IMG/VR virus record: IMGVR_UViG_2918249483_000002
Location: 20,715-84,714 of that record
Origin: a virus
Taxonomy: Duplodnaviria > Caudoviricetes
Length of the DNA stretch: 64,000 nucleotides
Direction: 5' to 3' (one strand)
Shown: piece after piece, positions 46,352 to 56,438 of the stretch
How the letters are laid out: every line of letters starts with the position of its first letter
How positions within the stretch are numbered: the first letter of the stretch is position 1
Notes under the pieces: model-generated
The model's database searches: none
What the model was told of the DNA's origin: nothing
The model's input: the letters and a program-made list of their open reading frames with translations, nothing else
Translations under genes and position numbers: made by a program

Positions 46352-47944
46352 ATGAAAGCGAACTGGCTTGATCGCGCCATCGGGGTGGTCTCCCCGCGGG
46401 CGCAGCTCCGACGTATGCGCGATCGGGCTGCGGTCGAGGTGCTGGCGCGCGCCTATGACGCAGCCAAGCCGGATCGGCGACGTGGTGGCCGCAGGCCGCC
46501 GAGCACTGGGGCAAATGCGGAGAGCTGGTCGTCGCTGCGCGTGCTCCGGGCGGCGTCTCGCGAGGCTATCCGAAACTCAGGGTACGCCCGGAAGGCCAAT
46601 CGGACCCTTGCCACCAAGCTGGTCGGCACCGGGATCACCCCCCGCGCCGCCACCGGCGACGAGAAGCTCGACAAGGAGATCAACGACGCCTTCGCCATCT
46701 GGTCGAAGGAGTGCGATGCGTCGGGGACCCACGACTATTTCGGCCTTCAGAAACTTGCCGCCTTGTCGTTCTTCGAAAATGGGGAGGCCTTGGCTCGCCG
46801 TCGTCGCCGGTTCAAGAGCGACGGCCTGCACGTGCCGTTGGAAATCCAGCTGCTCGAACCGGACCACCTGGATGAGCGCCGGAACGAGATCCTGAGCGAT
46901 GGGATGATCGTTCAAGGCATCCAGACCGGAAAGGGTCGTGAACGGCGCACCGCCTACTGGCTGTTCCCGTACCATCCTGGCGAAACGGTGGGCGGGTTGA
47001 CGCCGTTCAAATCGGAATCCGCCGCGGTTCCCGCGGCGGATATCGCTCATTTCTATGACAAGATCCGCATCGGTGCGCAGCGCGGCGTGCCGTGGCTGGT
47101 CGCGGTCCTGATCGCGCTGGAGGACATCGGCGATTACCGCATCAGCGAGCAGATGCGTAAGAAGCTGGAGGCGTGCTTCGTCGGCGCCGTGATCGGCGAT
47201 GATTCGTCAAATGCGGACCCGACCCTCGGGCCGCGTGCGCTCGACGCCGAAGGCAATCTGGTCGAGAGCGTTTCGCCCGGCATGTTGTTCCGTGCCACCG
47301 GCGCAAAGCAGGTCCAGTTCCACCAGCCGACCACGAACCCCGATTATCCAGGATACATGAAGTCCGAGCTGCGCGGGATCGCGGCCGGCGCCTGCATGAC
47401 CTACGAGCTGCTGACCTCGGACCTCAGCGACGTCAACTTCAGCAGCTATCGAGCGGGGCTGAACGATCTCCACGAGATGATCGGGCAGCTTCAGTGGCTC
47501 GACTTCATCCCAATGTTCTGCGAGCCAACGTGGAAGTGGTTCATCGACGCGGCCTTCCTCGCAGGTCGGATCAGCCGTCGCCACTACGGCGTGGAGTGGG
47601 AGCCGCCGAAGTTCGTCAGCGCCGACCCGCTGAAGGACTTTCTCGCCGATCTTGGCGAAGTGCGCGCCGGTTTCCAGGCCCCGCAACAGGCAATTGCGCG
47701 GCGCGGCTACAACCACCGCAAGGTTCTGGCGGACCACATCGCTTGGAAGACTGCGGTGGACGAAGTCGGGCTCGTCTTCGACATCGACGCCGCCAAGGTC
47801 ACCAAAACTGGCGCCGCGAACGGAATCGAAGCCGGAGGGACCGACCGCGCCATGCGCATCGCGCGCGTCGCCCTCGACATCCTTGAGGCCGAGGGAGATC
47901 CCGACGCCGCCACTCTCCGCGCCTTGATCAACGGGCGCGTCTAA
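46352..47944 (+). CDS. portal protein, lambda family
   Basis: YDAA, VGTGITP, LLEPDHL, RGVPW, LTSDLSDVNFSSYRAG, WxPP..DPLKD. Confidence 0.95.
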   Translation: MKANWLDRAIGVVSPRAQLRRMRDRAAVEVLARAYDAAKPDRRRGGRRPPSTGANAESWSSLRVLRAASREAIRNSGYARKANRTLATKLVGTGITPRAATGDEKLDKEINDAFAIWSKECDASGTHDYFGLQKLAALSFFENGEALARRRRRFKSDGLHVPLEIQLLEPDHLDERRNEILSDGMIVQGIQTGKGRERRTAYWLFPYHPGETVGGLTPFKSESAAVPAADIAHFYDKIRIGAQRGVPWLVAVLIALEDIGDYRISEQMRKKLEACFVGAVIGDDSSNADPTLGPRALDAEGNLVESVSPGMLFRATGAKQVQFHQPTTNPDYPGYMKSELRGIAAGACMTYELLTSDLSDVNFSSYRAGLNDLHEMIGQLQWLDFIPMFCEPTWKWFIDAAFLAGRISRRHYGVEWEPPKFVSADPLKDFLADLGEVRAGFQAPQQAIARRGYNHRKVLADHIAWKTAVDEVGLVFDIDAAKVTKTGAANGIEAGGTDRAMRIARVALDILEAEGDPDAATLRALINGRV

Positions 47945-47965
47945 CCTCAACCAGCGGAGACCTTT

Positions 47966-50122
47966 ATGTCGACACCGACCCATGGGGCGGCGCCGGGCGG
48001 TGCCGTGCCCGCGCAGCAGCGCGGGACCAAGGAGAACCCGATCGAGAGCCGCGCCGCGAGCCTGCAGCCGAGCACGTTCGATTCCGTCAACCGTACGGTG
48101 GATGTCGTCGCTTCCACCGGCGCCCGCGTCCGCCGGTACGATTGGTGGCGTGACGAATACTATGACGAGGTGCTGCTGGTCAGCCCCGACGCGGTCGACC
48201 TGACCCGCTTCGAGCAGGGGGCGGTGCCCGTGCTGAACTCCCATCAGCAGTGGGACCTGCGGAGCACGATCGGCACGACCCTGCCGGGCACCGCTCGATT
48301 CGAGGGCTCCGACCTCATCCTCACCGCCAAGATGTCCGCCCGGCAGGAGATCGCCGGCATCGTCCAGGATATCGCCGATGGGATCACGCGAAACGTCAGC
48401 GTCGGCTACAAGATCCTGGCGTACGAGGTCGATGAAACCACCAATCCGAAGACCCGCACGATCACGAAGTGGGAGCTTCTGGAGCTGTCGTTCGTGCCGG
48501 TCGGAGCGGATGGTGGCGCCGGCACACGCGCGCTGCCCACCGAGCCGCCTGATCAACGCTCGGCCGATCTGCCGGCCGGCACCAGTCCCAACACCCAGAC
48601 CATCAACCTGACGATCGACACGGCCGGAATGTCGGCTGCGCTCGAACAGGCCGTTTCCCGCGCAGTCGCCGCGCACCCCACCCAACCGGTCAGCAACGGA
48701 GAACGCACCATGGCCGATACCAACACCCCGGCGCCCGGCGTCAGCACGGATGCCCCCCAGCCCGGCACCGAGAGCCGCGCCGTTTCCCCGGCGGCTCCGC
48801 CGGCTGTCAACTCGGCCGCCGAGATCGAGGCCACGCGTGCGGCCGAATCCGCGCGCATCCAGGGCATTCGTGACATCGCTGTCGTCCGCAGCTTCGGGGT
48901 TTCCAACGAGGTGCTGGACGAGGCGATCCGGAGCGGCATGTCCATCGACGCCTTCCGCACCAAGGTCATGGACAGCCTTGCCCAGCGCGAGCAGGCCGAG
49001 CAACCCGAGACCCGCAGCAACATCACCGTCCTGCAGGACGAAGGCCAGACCCGGGCCGACGCGGCAGTGCGTGCGCTTCTGAACCGGTCCAATCCGAGCA
49101 AGTACAAGCTCGACGGCGCAGCGGTCGAGTACCGTGGCATCAAGCTGATCAACCTGGCGCGCGAGGTGCTGGAGTCCCACGGCACCAGGGTCCGTGGCAT
49201 GGCGGACAAGGAGATCGCCATCCGGGCACTGCAGACCACCTCGGATTTCCCGCACATCCTCAGCGGCGTCGCCAACACCAGCCTCCGCGCCGGCTACCAG
49301 ATGGCGCCGCGCACCTTCATGGCGTGGGCGCGCCAGACGATGGCGACGGACTTCAAGGACATGCATCAGGTCCAGTTCGGCGGCGGCGGCGTCCTGCCGA
49401 AGGTGGGCGAGCACGGCGAGTTCCAGCGCGGCAAGCTGTATGAGTCGAAGGAGTCGTTCCGCGTCGCGACCTATGGTGAGATCGTCGCCATCACCCGACA
49501 GGTGATCGTCAACGACCAACTCGACGCTCTGACGCGCATCCCGCAGGAGCACGGCTTCCGAGCCGCTGTGACGGAGAATTCGGTCGTCTACGGCGTCCTG
49601 CTCGCCAACCCCGTCATGTCCGACGGCAAGGCGCTGTTCCACGCCGGGCACGGCAACCTCGCCGCCAGCGGCACTGCGCTGTCCCTCGCCAGCCTCAGCG
49701 CCGGTCGGAGCTCCATGCGGAAGGTCAAGGCGCTCGACGGCAAGACCATCATCAACGCGCAGCCCGCCATCCTGCTGGTGCCGGCGGCGCTGGAGACCAA
49801 AGCGGAACAGCTGATCGTGACCCGCAGCATGGTGGCGGCGACCGCGGGCGAGCAGATCCCCGAATTCTTCCGCAGCCTGGAGCCGGTGGTCGAGCCCCTG
49901 CTCGACGCGGACAGCCAGACCGCGCACTACCTGTTCACCGACCCGGCGTCGCCAACCGGCTCCATCACCTATGCCTATCTGGAAGGCGAAGAGGGCGTTT
50001 ACACCGAGGAGCGGATCGGCTTCGACGTCGATGGCATGGAGATCAAGGTCCGCCATGATTTCGGTGCAGGGGTGATGGACTACCGGGGCGTCTACAAGGA
50101 TCCGGGGGCGGCGCCGGCCTGA
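47966..50122 (+). CDS. prohead protease / major capsid protein fusion
   Basis: N-terminal U35-like protease (VLNSH, VSVGY, ELSFVPVGAD); capsid part TTSDFP, DFK, TYG..ITRQ.IVND, KVRHDFG. Confidence 0.92.
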   Translation: MSTPTHGAAPGGAVPAQQRGTKENPIESRAASLQPSTFDSVNRTVDVVASTGARVRRYDWWRDEYYDEVLLVSPDAVDLTRFEQGAVPVLNSHQQWDLRSTIGTTLPGTARFEGSDLILTAKMSARQEIAGIVQDIADGITRNVSVGYKILAYEVDETTNPKTRTITKWELLELSFVPVGADGGAGTRALPTEPPDQRSADLPAGTSPNTQTINLTIDTAGMSAALEQAVSRAVAAHPTQPVSNGERTMADTNTPAPGVSTDAPQPGTESRAVSPAAPPAVNSAAEIEATRAAESARIQGIRDIAVVRSFGVSNEVLDEAIRSGMSIDAFRTKVMDSLAQREQAEQPETRSNITVLQDEGQTRADAAVRALLNRSNPSKYKLDGAAVEYRGIKLINLAREVLESHGTRVRGMADKEIAIRALQTTSDFPHILSGVANTSLRAGYQMAPRTFMAWARQTMATDFKDMHQVQFGGGGVLPKVGEHGEFQRGKLYESKESFRVATYGEIVAITRQVIVNDQLDALTRIPQEHGFRAAVTENSVVYGVLLANPVMSDGKALFHAGHGNLAASGTALSLASLSAGRSSMRKVKALDGKTIINAQPAILLVPAALETKAEQLIVTRSMVAATAGEQIPEFFRSLEPVVEPLLDADSQTAHYLFTDPASPTGSITYAYLEGEEGVYTEERIGFDVDGMEIKVRHDFGAGVMDYRGVYKDPGAAPA

Positions 50123-50148
50123 TCGGCAGGGCTCGATTCGGACAGATA

Positions 50149-50172
50149 GAGGGCGGCCACGCAGCCGCCCTC
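50149..50172 (+). terminator. hairpin after capsid gene
   Basis: GAGGGCGGC-CACGCA-GCCGCCCTC. Confidence 0.5.
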
Positions 50173-50197
50173 GTGCATTTCAGAGAGGATTTCCGTC

Positions 50198-50530
50198 ATG
50201 CGTAACTTCATCATGCCCGGCAACGCGCTCTCGCTCATCGCTCCCTATCTCGTCAACTCCGGGGACGGCCTGCTCGTCGGCTCCATCTTCGGCGTCGCGG
50301 CTTGCGCCGCAGCCAGCGGGGCGGAGGTCCAGGTTTCCGTCACCGGTGTCTACGAGCTGCCGAAGGCGAGTGCGCAGGCCTGGGCTCTCGGCGCCAAGGT
50401 CTACTGGGACAACACCAACAAGCTCTGCACCACGGCGTCCAGCGGCAACACCCTGATCGGCGCCGCGACTGCGGTGGCGGCCAATCCGTCCTCCACCGGC
50501 ATCGTCCGGCTGAACGGCGCGGTGTCCTGA
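50198..50530 (+). CDS. DUF2190 family capsid cement/decoration protein
   Basis: MRNFI.PG..GSIFGVA..GVYELPK..G.KVYWD..VRLNG. Confidence 0.88.
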   Translation: MRNFIMPGNALSLIAPYLVNSGDGLLVGSIFGVAACAAASGAEVQVSVTGVYELPKASAQAWALGAKVYWDNTNKLCTTASSGNTLIGAATAVAANPSSTGIVRLNGAVS

Positions 50531-51114
50531 TGCTGTGGACGGTGCCGAGGATGTGGGGTGGCGAAACCGTCTTCATCCTCGGCGCCGGCCCCAGCCTGCG
50601 GAGTTTCGACCGATCCCTTCTTCTCGGCCGCCGGGTAATGGTCATCAATTACGCCGAGATATTCCCGGCCGCTGACTTCCTGATCGCGACCGACGCGAAC
50701 CCGGCCCTTCCATCCCTTCCAGGCCGTAGCGTGACCCTGTCGACCACGACTGACGGCCGCTGGCATCGCCTGTGGGACACGGGCCCGGACGGCATCGAGA
50801 CTGAGTGTCCTTCCTGCGCACGGGGGCGCCGTACCTCCTTGCAACTTGCCCTCAACGTCGCTGTGCATCTCGGCTGCGCCAGGGCGATCCTGCTCGGTGC
50901 TGACATGGCGACGGCGGATGATGGGGCGACCCATTGGGATGGTCGGGCCGATCCACGCTATGCCGACGGCGCCATGGTGCGTGACGTCTATCTGCCTGCC
51001 CTTGCCAGCACCGTCGAACCGCTCGCGGCGATCGGGCTGGAGGTGATCAACGCCACGCCCGGCTCCATGCTGCCGTTCTGGCCCGTTGTGCCGATCGGCG
51101 ACGTGATCGCTTGA
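50530..51114 (+). CDS. Maf/DUF115 (MptE/sialyltransferase-like fold) protein
   Basis: FILGAGPSL..VIN..D, S..ALN.A.HLG..ILLGADM..HW, VINATP.S.L. Confidence 0.7.
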   Translation: MLWTVPRMWGGETVFILGAGPSLRSFDRSLLLGRRVMVINYAEIFPAADFLIATDANPALPSLPGRSVTLSTTTDGRWHRLWDTGPDGIETECPSCARGRRTSLQLALNVAVHLGCARAILLGADMATADDGATHWDGRADPRYADGAMVRDVYLPALASTVEPLAAIGLEVINATPGSMLPFWPVVPIGDVIA

Positions 51115-51131
51115 CGGCACGCGCCGCAGCC

Positions 51132-51233
51132 ATGCCCAGCCAAGATCGCGCCTTCATGATTCTCTGGGGCCTTGCAGCTCTTCTGATGCTGCCCGTCATC
51201 CTCTCCATCCCTTCCATCCTTGCGCAGCTTTAG
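51132..51233 (+). CDS. possible 33-aa TM peptide
   Basis: MPSQDRAFMILWGLAALLMLPVILSIPSILAQL*; weak RBS. Confidence 0.3.
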   Translation: MPSQDRAFMILWGLAALLMLPVILSIPSILAQL

Positions 51234-51241
51234 GAGATCGC

Positions 51242-52591
51242 ATGCCGATCAAGCCCCTTGCTGACGAATGGCTCCTGGAAGCCCTGCGCCTCCTGGACCT
51301 TCATGGAATCTCCCGAACGGCGGCGCCTCATGCCACCAAGCTCAATCTGCGAGGCGATGTCCTCGGCATCGGCGTGCCGAAGAGCACGTTCGAGGGGCGC
51401 ATCAAGGAAGCCCGCCGACGCATCGAGGCTGGATCGCTCGCCTATCAGCGGGAGAAGCCGCGCGTTCGCGTGAAGGCCGCAACGGAGAATGGCGCGATGC
51501 GTGATGGGTCGCCACCGGCAGAGGCGGTGACGGATCGGGAGCGTGTGCAGTTCCAGGACCGGATTCGTGATCTGGAGGCGAAGCTCCGGCAAGCCTACCG
51601 GGAGGATCTCGACACGGAGAAGGTCCGCACCTCAATCCTTGGACTGACCGCGGACACGCCCGAGCCGCCGGCATGGCTGGTGGATGAGCGCACCGGCGGC
51701 AGCGCGCCAGGCGTACCGGTCACCATCTGGTCCGACTGGCACTTTGGGGAAGTGGTCCGCGCTGTCGAGGTCGGGGGCGTCAACGAGTTCAACATCGCCG
51801 TTGCGACGGAGCGGGTCCGGCGTCTGGTTGAGCGCACCATAGACCTGTGCTTCTCGCACATGGTTCGGCCGGAATACCCTGGCATCGTCGTCTGCCTGGG
51901 CGGCGACCTGATCTCCGGCGATATCCACGAGGAACTCGCCGTCTCCAACGAGTTGATGACGGCGCCGACACTGCTGGAATTGCAGGGCGTGCTGATCTGG
52001 GCCCTGACGCAGATGGCCGACCGGTTCGGTCGGGTCTTCGTCCCCTGCGTTGTCGGCAACCATGGCCGCATGACGCACAAGCCGCGAGCCAAGGGCCGTG
52101 TCCACACCTCCTTCGAATGGCTGCTCTACTGCCAACTGGAGCGGCACTTCCAAGGCGACAGCCGGATCCAGTTTCAGATCCCCGGCGAGGCCGACGCGCA
52201 TTTCCGGGTCTACGGGCACCGTTACATGCTGACCCACGGCGACAGCCTGGGAGTGCGCGGTGGCGACGGAATCATCGGGCTGCTCGGGCCCGTCACCCGC
52301 GGGACCATCAAGCTGCGCAACAGCGAGGCGCAGATCGGCCGCGACTTCGACACTGTGGTGATGGGCCATTGGCACCAGTATCTGCCGATGTCGGGCTGCA
52401 TCGTCAACGGCGCGCTTAAAGGATACGACGAATACGCCCGCCTGTTCCTGCGCGCCCGCTACCAGGAACCGATCCAGGCCCTGTGGTTCACCCACCCCAC
52501 CCGTGGCGTCACTTTCCAGGTGCCCGTCTATCTCGACGAGACCCGCCGTGCCTCGTCGGAGGAATGGCTGGCCTGGAGGGCCTCGGCATGA
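51242..52591 (+). CDS. calcineurin-like metallophosphoesterase with N-terminal HTH/coiled coil
   Basis: SDWH.GE, GGD..SG.IH, GNHGR, HGD, GHWH. Confidence 0.85.
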   Translation: MPIKPLADEWLLEALRLLDLHGISRTAAPHATKLNLRGDVLGIGVPKSTFEGRIKEARRRIEAGSLAYQREKPRVRVKAATENGAMRDGSPPAEAVTDRERVQFQDRIRDLEAKLRQAYREDLDTEKVRTSILGLTADTPEPPAWLVDERTGGSAPGVPVTIWSDWHFGEVVRAVEVGGVNEFNIAVATERVRRLVERTIDLCFSHMVRPEYPGIVVCLGGDLISGDIHEELAVSNELMTAPTLLELQGVLIWALTQMADRFGRVFVPCVVGNHGRMTHKPRAKGRVHTSFEWLLYCQLERHFQGDSRIQFQIPGEADAHFRVYGHRYMLTHGDSLGVRGGDGIIGLLGPVTRGTIKLRNSEAQIGRDFDTVVMGHWHQYLPMSGCIVNGALKGYDEYARLFLRARYQEPIQALWFTHPTRGVTFQVPVYLDETRRASSEEWLAWRASA

Positions 52592-52989
52592 GCTTCTGGT
52601 ATTTGGCCACGCCGTACAGCCAGTTCGCGGGTGGAATCGCAGCGGCGTTTCGCGCCGCCTGCGATCAGGCTGCTGTTCTGGTGAAGGCCGGCATTCCAGT
52701 CTTCGCGCCGATCGTCCACACGCATCCTATCGCCATTCTCGGCGGGTTAGATCCGCGTGATCATGGCATCTGGTTGCCGGCCGACGCGCCGTTCATGGCC
52801 GCCGCGCGAGGCCTGATCGTCTGCAAGCTTCCCGGCTGGACGGAGAGCTTCGGCATCGCCGAGGAAATCAAGGCGTTCCAAGCGATGGTGAAGCCCATCG
52901 TCTACATGCAGCCCGGCGACGTGCCGGCACCGCTGCGGGTCGGGCCCGACATCCTGATCGAAACCACGCGCCCACTGGAGATGCTCTGA
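52588..52989 (+). CDS. DUF1937 family (nucleoside deoxyribosyltransferase-like fold)
   Basis: YLATPYS, VFAPI.H.H, W..D, LPGW.ES.G..EI. Confidence 0.82.
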   Translation: MSFWYLATPYSQFAGGIAAAFRAACDQAAVLVKAGIPVFAPIVHTHPIAILGGLDPRDHGIWLPADAPFMAAARGLIVCKLPGWTESFGIAEEIKAFQAMVKPIVYMQPGDVPAPLRVGPDILIETTRPLEML

Positions 52990-53588
52990 TGCGATCGTTG
53001 GTGCTTGGCCTGTCCGGTCTGGCCGGATCCGGCAAGTCGACCGTCGCCAATCGGCTGGTAGAGCGGTGGGGATTTCGTCGCGAGAAATTTTCCGGGCCCC
53101 TGAAGGACATGATGCGGGGGCTGGGACTGACGGAGCGCGAGATCGAGGGCGACCGAAAGGAACAGCCTTGCGACCTGCTGTGCGGCGCCACACCACGCTG
53201 GGCCATGCAGGCTCTGGGAACCGAGTGGGGCAGGGTGCAGATTCACCCGGATCTCTGGGTCTCAGCATGGGCCAAGCGGGCAGGGCAGGGGCTCGTCGTC
53301 GCCGACGACGTGCGCTTTGTGAACGAATGCTCCGCTGTGCGCGCCCTCGGCGGGTTCGTGATCCGCGTCGAGCGTCCAGGCATTGTCAGCGGCGTGCATC
53401 TGTCCGAACAGGAAATGTCCCGGATCGGCCCGGACTGCACGTTCCAGAACGATGGTTCGATCGCTGACCTGATCGCTGCTACCGATGCTCTCGCTGAAGC
53501 ATTCCTCGCCCCGCCGCCTTCCGAGGTTGGGCGCTACGCAGAACTTGCAACGCAGCAACCGGCGCGGCCGGCAACGCTGGGGGATTGA
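52989..53588 (+). CDS. deoxynucleoside monophosphate kinase
   Basis: GLAGSGKST, FSGPLK, TPR.AMQ.LGTEWGR, DDVRF.NE, H.SE. Confidence 0.9.
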   Translation: MRSLVLGLSGLAGSGKSTVANRLVERWGFRREKFSGPLKDMMRGLGLTEREIEGDRKEQPCDLLCGATPRWAMQALGTEWGRVQIHPDLWVSAWAKRAGQGLVVADDVRFVNECSAVRALGGFVIRVERPGIVSGVHLSEQEMSRIGPDCTFQNDGSIADLIAATDALAEAFLAPPPSEVGRYAELATQQPARPATLGD

Positions 53589-53593
53589 CCGCC

Positions 53594-54139
53594 ATGCACA
53601 TTGCAGCCCGCATCTCGCTCGCGTTGACCGCGGTCTCCGGCGTGCTGGTGGCCGCCTCAGGCCGCGCCGAGCAAGCCGGTGGTGAGGTCGAGAAGATCGA
53701 CACATTCCTGGCCGCTTTCGTCTATTTGATCCGGGCGATGCAGGCCGGCGGACCGTGGGTCTTGGCGCTCGGACTTCTCTGCATTGGGGCGAACATCGCC
53801 TGGCTCATTTACTGGTCGCCGCAAATCGCCCGGCCAATCGGCGCGGCCATCTCCATGGCCAGGGGAGGGCGTTCGGAGCGTGAAGATCAACTGGAACAGG
53901 AGCTGGTGGAGGCGCGTCGGGAGATCTCCAACTTGCGCGGTCAGATGAAGATTCTGGAGGATCGGGATGAGGAGCTGCGTCGGGGAGTGGGGGCACTCGT
54001 CGAAGTTCTGGAGGGGCAGCTCAAGCGGTCGGGCATGGACACCGGCCTCCTCGACCTTGTTCGGCAGACGCTGATGCATGATTCCGCCCCGCCGCGGCTG
54101 GATCCCGTGTCCGGCTCAGTTCAAGTTGCGCATCCGTAG
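53594..54139 (+). CDS. membrane protein with C-terminal coiled coil (possible holin-like)
   Basis: Hydrophobic N-half, EQELVEARREISNLRGQMKILE. Confidence 0.5.
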   Translation: MHIAARISLALTAVSGVLVAASGRAEQAGGEVEKIDTFLAAFVYLIRAMQAGGPWVLALGLLCIGANIAWLIYWSPQIARPIGAAISMARGGRSEREDQLEQELVEARREISNLRGQMKILEDRDEELRRGVGALVEVLEGQLKRSGMDTGLLDLVRQTLMHDSAPPRLDPVSGSVQVAHP

Positions 54140-54281
54140 GCGCTATGCTAGGGTTGCTATGGTGCCGAGTAGTGCGGGTGCACGTTACATGATGCCCTGA
54201 GCCCCTCAGCGACCTTCCAGTATCTGTCTCATAGGCGGCGCTCCGGATTCCGGCGCGCCGTTTTTGTTTGCGGGGGTCGCA

Positions 54282-55151
54282 ATGGACCTTAGCGCTCTGG
54301 CTGTCTCTATCGCATTGGGGTTCCAAGGGGTTCCGGCGACCTATGTGTCGCCATCCGGTGAGACGCGGCCGTGCTCCGTCATGCAACACCAGGGCGACCT
54401 GCGGCACGAAACAGCCAATCGGCTGCGCTTCGGCAACGTGCTCGAACTCTGGCGGGAAGCCGTGTCGTTCGACGTGGCCGTATCCGACCTGCCGAACCCG
54501 GCTCCGGGCGGCATCATCACGCTGGAAGGGGGCGCCAGCTACACCATCACCGGCTCCCCGGCGCGCCGGGATCCGCAGCGACTGGTTTGGACCCTCGATT
54601 GCTCTTTCGGGATGCCGGTCGTGTTCCGGTCGGTGTCCGGAAACGGCGCGACCCAGAACCCGCCGCAGCACCAGGCTTTGCGCCTCGCCGCCGATGCGCC
54701 CTACGGCTCGAACTCGGTCAGCCTCAAGAGCTCGTATCTGGTTGGCCAGATCCGGCCCGGCGACGTCATGACAATCGGGGAGGGAGCGCATACCGTCACC
54801 AACATGGCGCAGGCTGGCGGCAATCAGATTTCGGCCCTCCAGATCACGCCTCCTTTGGTCGCCCAAGCCGCGTCTGATGATGTGGTCACCCCGACCTGGG
54901 CGCGGGATTTCAGGATCCATGCCGGCGTCTCCGGCTATGCCGCCGAAGAGATCGCCGGCACCGTGGTGGTCGGGGACATGCGCATCATCTTGATGAAGGA
55001 TTTGCTGGTTGCCGCAGGCTTTACGGGCGATCCTGCGCCGACTGACCTCGTCATCCCCTTCGCCGCCCCATGGGCTGTGAAGAACGTGTCGAAGGTGATG
55101 CAGGGCAACTCGGTCCTGCTCTACGACATCCAGATCCGGGGCAATGGGTGA
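54282..55151 (+). CDS. head-tail joining (FII-like) multidomain protein
   Basis: G.PATY..P..G..I..Y..P.RRD..LVWTL N-terminal domain; position after head genes. Confidence 0.6.
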   Translation: MDLSALAVSIALGFQGVPATYVSPSGETRPCSVMQHQGDLRHETANRLRFGNVLELWREAVSFDVAVSDLPNPAPGGIITLEGGASYTITGSPARRDPQRLVWTLDCSFGMPVVFRSVSGNGATQNPPQHQALRLAADAPYGSNSVSLKSSYLVGQIRPGDVMTIGEGAHTVTNMAQAGGNQISALQITPPLVAQAASDDVVTPTWARDFRIHAGVSGYAAEEIAGTVVVGDMRIILMKDLLVAAGFTGDPAPTDLVIPFAAPWAVKNVSKVMQGNSVLLYDIQIRGNG

Positions 55152-55558
55152 TGGACGCCATCAACGATGCGGCGGTGCGGGCTGCCATAGAGGGTGTGCT
55201 CTCCGCGGCGTCTGATCTCCCTCCTACAATCGGTGAGAACCTCCCTTTCAACCCGTCATCCGCAGGCTCGACCCTGCGGACGCGCCTCTTCCGTCACCCA
55301 AAGCGCCGATATGCCGGCTTTTCGTGCGTGGAAGGCTTTCTGCACATCGAGGTGTGGTGCCCAGCGGACTCGGGCCCCGAGCCGGCCGAATCCATCGCCT
55401 CAGGGATCGAAGCGCTCTTCACTCCCTTCGTCGAAACTGACGAGAAACTGTCCGGACTCGTCCATGTCCAGAACGCTGCCATCCTGAACGGCGCCAAGGA
55501 CGATACGGGCGCCTTCTGGGTTCTCCCGATCCAGGTCGACTGGTGGGTGGCGGTCTAG
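55151..55558 (+). CDS. tail terminator-like protein
   Basis: EN.PF.P, G.L.I.V..P..G..A..I..F, W..PI.V. Confidence 0.6.
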   Translation: MDAINDAAVRAAIEGVLSAASDLPPTIGENLPFNPSSAGSTLRTRLFRHPKRRYAGFSCVEGFLHIEVWCPADSGPEPAESIASGIEALFTPFVETDEKLSGLVHVQNAAILNGAKDDTGAFWVLPIQVDWWVAV

Positions 55559-55637
55559 CGTCAGCACCTCCTTCCGTCTCCTTCTTCCCGCCGCCCGGCA
55601 TCGTGTCGTGGCGGCTTTTTCATGTGGAGAAAGCCCC

Positions 55638-55985
55638 ATGGCTCACATCACCGCCCAGACCACCAGCGAGGCCGGCGCCGCGCTGACCTACAGCGCCGCG
55701 GGTTCCTCCGGCGACAGCTTCACCAACACCGGCAAGGAGCTGCTGCACATCAAGAACGGTGCCGGCTCGCCGGTGACGCTGACCATCAAGTCGCGCAACG
55801 CCACCCCTTCGCCGGACGGCTTCGGCCCTGTGAGCAAACCGGACCGGACGGTGACCGTGCCGGCCGGTGGCGACCGCATCGTCGGTCCCTTCCCGCTGAA
55901 GGCCTTCAACGACAGCAATTCGCGCGTGTCGATGACCTACTCGTCGGCGACGAGCGTGTCGGCCGCGATCATCGCCCCCCGGTAA
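55638..55985 (+). CDS. virion structural protein (beta-rich)
   Basis: GDSF.NTGKE.L..KN..T.TI..V.VPAG..GPFP..FND; highly biased codons; GGAG RBS. Confidence 0.65.
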   Translation: MAHITAQTTSEAGAALTYSAAGSSGDSFTNTGKELLHIKNGAGSPVTLTIKSRNATPSPDGFGPVSKPDRTVTVPAGGDRIVGPFPLKAFNDSNSRVSMTYSSATSVSAAIIAPR

Positions 55986-56000
55986 AGGAGACCCGACACC

Positions 56001-56438
56001 ATGGCGACCACCATCGAGGCCAAATCCGGCCGGCAATTCACCTTCAAAATCAGCGACGGAGAAGCAATCCCGACGTTCCTGACCATCGGCGGCTTGAAGG
56101 ACTGCAAGGTGCAGATCAACGGCGCGTCGATCGACATCACCAACGTCGCGTCGGACGGCTGGAAGGAATACCTGCCGGGCGGCGGTTCGATGGAACTGTC
56201 GATCTCCGGCAACGGCATCTTCGACAGCCTGACCACCGGCGCCCGAAAGCTCTTCGCTGCGCTGATCAACCGCGAGTACATCGAGGCTCAGCTGATCTCG
56301 GGCCACGGCGATTCCTTCGTCGGCACCTTCGTGGTCGAGAACTACAGCCGCAACGGTTCCGTGGACGCCGCGGAAACCTTCGACGTCTCGATCAAGTCGT
56401 CCGGCCCCATCTCCTATATCCCGGCGCCGACTCCATAA
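56001..56438 (+). CDS. major tail tube protein (TP901-1-like)
   Basis: GR..KI.DG..F.TIGG..IDITN..GWKE.L.G..ISG.G.F..G.F.V..F..SI.SSG. Confidence 0.85.
   Translation: MATTIEAKSGRQFTFKISDGEAIPTFLTIGGLKDCKVQINGASIDITNVASDGWKEYLPGGGSMELSISGNGIFDSLTTGARKLFAALINREYIEAQLISGHGDSFVGTFVVENYSRNGSVDAAETFDVSIKSSGPISYIPAPTP

Noticed and set aside
47207-50056. 949-aa minus-strand ORF
   Set aside because: Antisense shadow of portal/capsid genes caused by high GC3; no motifs
53594-54139. Lysis cassette
   Set aside because: Only a membrane/coiled-coil protein; no endolysin or spanin adjacent, so a holin call is unsupported
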